Source of the DNA: Terrimicrobiaceae bacterium
Lineage (GTDB): Bacteria > Verrucomicrobiota > Verrucomicrobiia > Chthoniobacterales > Terrimicrobiaceae
Assembly (NCBI GenBank): GCA_044342325.1
Contig: JBIIPZ010000029.1
Coordinates: 1-41,935 of the forward strand
Direction of reading: 5' to 3'
Length of the DNA stretch: 41,935 bases
The position numbers and the translations under genes were made by a program. Numbering within the stretch: the stretch's first letter is position 1; the number at the start of each line of letters is the position of its first letter. The notes under the pieces are model-generated. The model searched no databases. It saw only the letters and a list, made by a program, of their open reading frames with translations, and had not been told where the DNA came from. Below, in pieces: positions 38,136-41,935 of this stretch.

Positions 38136-39041
38136 ATGCCAACTTATTCTCTCGACCATTTGGACCAGATCGAAGCGGAGGCCATTTACATCCTTCGTGA
38201 GACCGCCGCGCAGTTTCAGAACCCCGCTCTGCTTTTTTCCGGCGGTAAGGATTCGATCGTGATGGCCCACTTGGCCGCCAAGGCCTTCTGGCCGGCGAAA
38301 ATTCCGTTTCCGCTCCTCCATGTGGACACGGGCCACAACTTCACCGAGACCATTGAATACCGCGATTCCTTTGCGGAAAAACTCGGCGCGCGTCTGGTGA
38401 TCGGATCCGTGCAGGCATCCATCGATTCCGCTCGGGTGAAGGAGGAGAAGGGCCCCTTTGCATCCCGCAACTCTCTTCAGACCGTGACGCTGCTCGATAC
38501 GATCGAAGCTCAAAAATTCGACGCCTGCCTCGGTGGCGGCCGCCGTGACGAGGAGAAGGCCCGCGCTAAGGAGCGCTTCTTCTCGCACCGCGACGAGTTC
38601 GGCCAATGGGACCCCAAAAACCAACGCCCCGAGTTGTGGAATCTTTTCAATGGGAGATACCACCCCGGCGAGCATTTCCGGGTTTTCCCGCTCTCGAATT
38701 TCACCGAGATGGATGTGTGGATGTATATTCAGCGTGAGGAGATCGAGCTTCCATCCCTTTACTTTGCCCACGAACGCGAGGTCTTCGCACGCAACGGCTC
38801 GTTTCTTGCGGTTGCCGACTGTGTTGCCATGCTCGAAACCGAGAAGGCCGAGAAAAAAACCGTCCGCTTCCGCACGATCGGCGACATCACCTGCACCGGC
38901 GCGGTGGAATCCACCGCCTCGAATCTCGACGAGGTCATCGCCGAAGTCGCCGCCGCCCGCCAGACCGAGCGCGGCACCCGCGCTGACGACAAGCGCTCCG
39001 AAACCGCCATGGAAGACCGCAAACGCGAGGGGTATTTTTAA
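38136..39041 (+). CDS. cysD: Sulfate adenylyltransferase subunit 2
   Basis: FSGGKDS, GGGRRDEEKARAKER, NQRPELW, MEDRKREGYF. Confidence 0.97.
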   Translation: MPTYSLDHLDQIEAEAIYILRETAAQFQNPALLFSGGKDSIVMAHLAAKAFWPAKIPFPLLHVDTGHNFTETIEYRDSFAEKLGARLVIGSVQASIDSARVKEEKGPFASRNSLQTVTLLDTIEAQKFDACLGGGRRDEEKARAKERFFSHRDEFGQWDPKNQRPELWNLFNGRYHPGEHFRVFPLSNFTEMDVWMYIQREEIELPSLYFAHEREVFARNGSFLAVADCVAMLETEKAEKKTVRFRTIGDITCTGAVESTASNLDEVIAEVAAARQTERGTRADDKRSETAMEDRKREGYF

Positions 39042-39181
39042 TGGAAACACGAATTTCTCACCACGGAGGACACGGAGAGCACGGAGGTTTTAAGACAGAC
39101 TTTATTTCTCAAACGCCAAATTTTTCTGCCCCGAATTCCCAACCCTTCTCTGTGTTCTCCGTGCCCTCCGTGGTTAAATAA
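39041..39181 (+). CDS. 46-aa mini-ORF spanning the inverted-repeat element (METRISHHGGHGEHGG...SVFSVPSVVK)
   Basis: ATG overlaps cysD stop (TAATG); open through both repeat arms to TAA 39179-39181. Confidence 0.35.
   Translation: METRISHHGGHGEHGGFKTDFISQTPNFSAPNSQPFSVFSVPSVVK
39060..39174. repeat. Inverted pair of 27-bp periodic repeats (copies C and D), MITE/REPIN-like
   Basis: ACCACGGAGGACACGGAGAGCACGGAG (39060-39086) and CTCTGTGTTCTCCGTGCCCTCCGTGGT (39148-39174), 24/27 complementary, 61-bp spacer. Confidence 0.85.
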
Positions 39182-39192
39182 TTTTTCGTAAA

Positions 39193-40440
39193 ATGGATCT
39201 TCTTCGCTTCGCCACCGCCGGTTCTGTTGATGACGGCAAATCCACCCTCATCGGACGCCTGCTTTACGATTCCAAGAGCATTTTCGAGGACCAACTCATG
39301 GCCGTCGAGGAAAGCTCACGCCGCCGTGGCGATGCCGTCGTAAACTTGGCGCTCCTCACAGACGGCCTGCGCGCCGAGCGCGAGCAGGGTATCACCATCG
39401 ATGTGGCCTACCGCTACTTCGCCACGCCACGCCGGAAATTCATCATCGCCGACACGCCCGGCCATATCCAATACACGCGCAACATGGTCACAGGCGCCTC
39501 CACGGCCGACCTCGCGATCATTCTCGTCGATGCCCGCAAAGGCATCATCGAGCAGACCAAGCGCCATGCATTCGTTTCCAATCTCCTCCGCATGAGGCAC
39601 CTCGTGCTCGCGGTGAACAAGATGGATCTCGTCGATTACAGCGAGCAGGTATTCCAAGACATCGTCGCGAGTTTCCACGAATTCGCATCCCGCTTGGACA
39701 ATGTGGCGGACATCACGGCCATCCCGCTCTCGGCCCTCAACGGCGACAATGTCGTGGAGAAATCCGACAAGATGCCGTGGTTCAAGGGTTCTTCGCTCCT
39801 TTATCATCTCGAAACCGTTTACACCGGCGGCACGGCGAACCATGTGGACGCCCGCTTCCCGGTGCAGTGGATCATCCGTCCGCTCTCGCAGGAACACCAC
39901 GACTTCCGTGGCTATGCAGGCCGCGTGGCCGGCGGGGTTTTCAAGCCCGGCGATGCCGTGACCGTGATGCCCTCGGGCTTTAGCACGCGCATCAAAAAAA
40001 TTCACATGCCCGGCGGCAAGGAACTCGGCGAGGCCTTCCCACCCCAGTCGGTCGTGATGACCCTCGAGGACGAGATCGACATTTCCCGTGGCGACATGCT
40101 GGTGAAAGCCAACAACCCGCCCGAGGCCTCGCAGGATGTCGAAGCCATGGTCTGCTGGTTCTCGCAAAAGCCCATGGAAACCCGTGGCAAATACCTTCTC
40201 CGACACACCACGAAGGAAACCAAGGCCATCGTGCAGGAACTGCGCTATCAGGTGGACATCGAGACCCTTCACAAAAAAGAAGGCACATCCGCTCTCGGAA
40301 TGAACGACATCGGCCGCATCGCATTGCGAACCGCCACCCCGCTCTTCTACGACTCCTACCGCCGCAACCGTCTCACCGGTTCCTTTATCCTTATCGATCC
40401 CGGCACCCACGAGACCGTCGCGGCAGGCATGATTGTGTAA
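39193..40440 (+). CDS. cysN: Sulfate adenylyltransferase subunit 1 (GTPase), no CysC fusion
   Basis: GSVDDGKSTLIGRLL, EREQGITIDVAYRYF, DTPGH, NKMD. Confidence 0.96.
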   Translation: MDLLRFATAGSVDDGKSTLIGRLLYDSKSIFEDQLMAVEESSRRRGDAVVNLALLTDGLRAEREQGITIDVAYRYFATPRRKFIIADTPGHIQYTRNMVTGASTADLAIILVDARKGIIEQTKRHAFVSNLLRMRHLVLAVNKMDLVDYSEQVFQDIVASFHEFASRLDNVADITAIPLSALNGDNVVEKSDKMPWFKGSSLLYHLETVYTGGTANHVDARFPVQWIIRPLSQEHHDFRGYAGRVAGGVFKPGDAVTVMPSGFSTRIKKIHMPGGKELGEAFPPQSVVMTLEDEIDISRGDMLVKANNPPEASQDVEAMVCWFSQKPMETRGKYLLRHTTKETKAIVQELRYQVDIETLHKKEGTSALGMNDIGRIALRTATPLFYDSYRRNRLTGSFILIDPGTHETVAAGMIV

Positions 40441-40455
40441 GGTCGCCTCGCTACG

Positions 40456-40518
40456 CCGCGAAAGGTGCAATCCTTAAAGGGTTGCTGTGGAAAAAGACAA
40501 CGGCATCCCAAGTGTGGA
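40456..40518 (+). repeat. ~60-bp direct repeat, copy 1
   Basis: CCGCGAAAGGTGC-AATCCTTAA-AGGGTTGCTGTGGAAAAAGACAACGGCATCCCAAG. Confidence 0.85.
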
Positions 40519-40646
40519 TCGCTGAGCATCCAGGCATGAAAAACGCAGACAATGCAAGCGGGCCTATCCACCTCATGGTTTTATCGCTGAGCGAGAAAAA
40601 GGTTTCTGAAAAATTGATAAGGTTCAGATCGGAAAAATGAACAAAA

Positions 40647-41057
40647 ATGAACCCTAACCCCAGTTCCGGGCTGAAATTGTCGTCCGCTTCGCCGATGGGT
40701 TACGGCGTTATGAAAACAAGCGGACGCTGGTTTGTTGCGTTCGGAGTCTTTTTGATTCTTTGCGGGCTGGCTGGGTTTTTGTCGAATCCCTCCGGCGCGA
40801 AAACGGCTCTGATATCGGGAGGAACTTTTGGCGCGCTCTCTGCGGCGTGGGGTTTATTGATGCTCCGTGGTTTCGCTTGGGCTTGGATGGCGGCCCTGGG
40901 GTGCACGGGTTTTTTGGCAGCGGTGTTCACCTGGCGCGCGGCAGCTGGTTGGATGGCTTATTCGGCGGGAGAACCGAAGTTGTTCGCGGCCTCGCTCATC
41001 TCCCTTATGCTGGCGGGATCACTGGTTTCCATCGGCGTGTTGGTGAAAAACCGATAA
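40647..41057 (+). CDS. Small membrane protein, TMEM14/FAX-like
   Basis: Four hydrophobic Gly-rich helices; FGVFLILCGLAGF...AKTALISGGTFG resembles the TMEM14 signature. Confidence 0.6.
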   Translation: MNPNPSSGLKLSSASPMGYGVMKTSGRWFVAFGVFLILCGLAGFLSNPSGAKTALISGGTFGALSAAWGLLMLRGFAWAWMAALGCTGFLAAVFTWRAAAGWMAYSAGEPKLFAASLISLMLAGSLVSIGVLVKNR

Positions 41058-41147
41058 AAATCCCACGTTTCAAAGTCAAAGAGGTCGTGCATTAATTGTT
41101 GATATTTGCTCGTCTTGAGGCGCGGGAACCAATCTTGCGCATGGCAT

Positions 41148-41171
41148 GGGAGCGCCAACGTCCTCGTTGGC
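41148..41171 (+). repeat. REP-like palindrome
   Basis: GGGAGC-GCCAACG-TCCT-CGTTGGC, perfect 7-bp stem, intergenic. Confidence 0.45.
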
Positions 41172-41240
41172 TTCGCTGGAGTGGCAGCCGAGAAGGACCT
41201 CCTTATTCTGCTCTCCATCGGCCGAGCATAGCTCACCGAA

Positions 41241-41301
41241 CCGCGAAAGGTGCTCCTCGCAGGGTTGCTGTGAAAAAAGACAACGGTATCCCAAGCTTGG
41301 A
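41241..41301 (+). repeat. ~60-bp direct repeat, copy 2
   Basis: CCGCGAAAGGTGC-TCCTCGC-AGGGTTGCTGTGAAAAAAGACAACGGTATCCCAAG. Confidence 0.85.
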
Positions 41302-41310
41302 AAAATTCTG

Positions 41311-41338
41311 TTGACTTGGACTACACTCGTGGTATCTC
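41311..41338 (+). promoter_or_regulatory. blaI promoter with BlaI/MecI/CopY-type operator
   Basis: TTGACT at 41311, TG-N-TATCTC ending 41338; ACTAC-ACTC-GTGGT (41320-41333) is one mismatch from ACTAC-N4-GTAGT. Confidence 0.65.
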
Positions 41339-41344
41339 TTGGAC

Positions 41345-41746
41345 ATGAGTAAGAAATTTTCGCCTTCTAAAATCTCCGCATCCGAGTGGGAGGTCATGGA
41401 TATCGTCTGGGACAAGCACCCGATCACGGCTCCGGAAGTCTTCGCCCTTCTTGGCACGGATCAAAGTTGGTCGCAAAAAACCGTCAACACATTCCTTGCC
41501 CGCCTTGCCGGGAAAGAGGCGCTATCAGTCGAGAAGCGTTACAACATGAATTTCTATTCCCCCCTCGTTTCCCGCGAGGAATCGGTCGCCCTGGAAAGCC
41601 GCAGTTTTCTTTCCAGGTTTTTCCAAGGTGGCACCGGCGCGTTGCTGGCACATTTCTGCGAGCAGGGGAGCTTGAGCGATGCCGAGCTGGCGGAGCTGGA
41701 GCGCCTGATCGCGAGCAAGCGTTCGGAACGAAAGAAAAAGAAATGA
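41345..41746 (+). CDS. BlaI/MecI/CopY-family transcriptional repressor
   Basis: ISASEWEVMDIVW, WSQKTVNTFLARL, YSPLVSREE, FLSRFFQG...LLAHF. Confidence 0.93.
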   Translation: MSKKFSPSKISASEWEVMDIVWDKHPITAPEVFALLGTDQSWSQKTVNTFLARLAGKEALSVEKRYNMNFYSPLVSREESVALESRSFLSRFFQGGTGALLAHFCEQGSLSDAELAELERLIASKRSERKKKK

Positions 41747-41935
41747 ACTTCCAAGAACTCATCGATCAACTGCTCGCCAACTCCTGGCGGGCAGGGATTC
41801 TCATTGCTGCACTTTTCGCGTTTCGCGGAGTTCTGCGGCGGTTCCTGGATGCACGGGTGATTTATTTGTTTTGGGTGCTCGTGGCGCTCAGGCTGCTGCT
41901 GCCATTTGATGTGCCTGTTTCTGTGAGCGCCGCGC
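41743..41935 (+). CDS. BlaR1/MecR1 (M56 peptidase) family protein, 3' truncated by window edge
   Basis: MNFQELIDQLLANSWRAGILIAALFAFR...ARVIYLFWVLVALRLLLPF; ATGA overlap with blaI. Confidence 0.82.
   Translation, partial: MNFQELIDQLLANSWRAGILIAALFAFRGVLRRFLDARVIYLFWVLVALRLLLPFDVPVSVSAA

Noticed and set aside
39060..39174. CRISPR array
   Set aside because: Arms are inverted with short internal periodicity; no spacer series and no cas genes.
37527..40470. Long minus-strand ORFs (507 and 384 aa)
   Set aside because: Antisense shadows of cysC/cysD and cysN.
40456..40518. SAM-I or cobalamin riboswitch (AAGGTGCAATCC resemblance)
   Set aside because: Other conserved cores are missing; the sequence is duplicated and lies downstream of cysN rather than in a cys leader.
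41339..41935. Beta-lactam resistance locus
   Set aside because: BlaI/M56 pairs are widespread general regulators; no beta-lactamase or sensor domain is visible before the window ends.

Overview
GC-rich bacterial chromosomal segment; gene style suggests Verrucomicrobiota (inference). Most of it is housekeeping: HAD hydrolase, GlcD-like oxidase, SurA-like PPIase, mfd, class IV aminotransferase, sigma54 activator, MFS, panD, tRNA-Leu(GAG), epimerase, M20 hydrolase, class A PBP, PotA-like ATPase, porin, cytochrome c/SCO, rpe, tadA, pgeF, recQ, rph, rpsU, pdxH, speA, PIN-PhoH, cysC-cysD-cysN and BlaI/BlaR1. Small accessory modules sit between the core genes with no integrase or transposase: two PIN toxin-antitoxin pairs, an NgoMIV-like GCCGGC restriction-modification pair, an amber-interrupted RhuM gene and a SAM + FGE/C-type-lectin-fold gene abutting the tRNA 3' end. 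Most notable observations: (1) a 27-bp repeat family with 9-nt periodicity at gene junctions, always crossed by an open frame, including an inverted pair between cysD and cysN crossed by a coupled 46-aa mini-ORF; (2) a class A PBP with intact transglycosylase but degenerate transpeptidase motifs; (3) an NtrC-like activator with Glu at the phosphoacceptor position and a clean -24/-12 promoter before the porin; (4) the SAM-FGE protein; (5) ~60-bp direct repeats bracketing a TMEM14-like gene.
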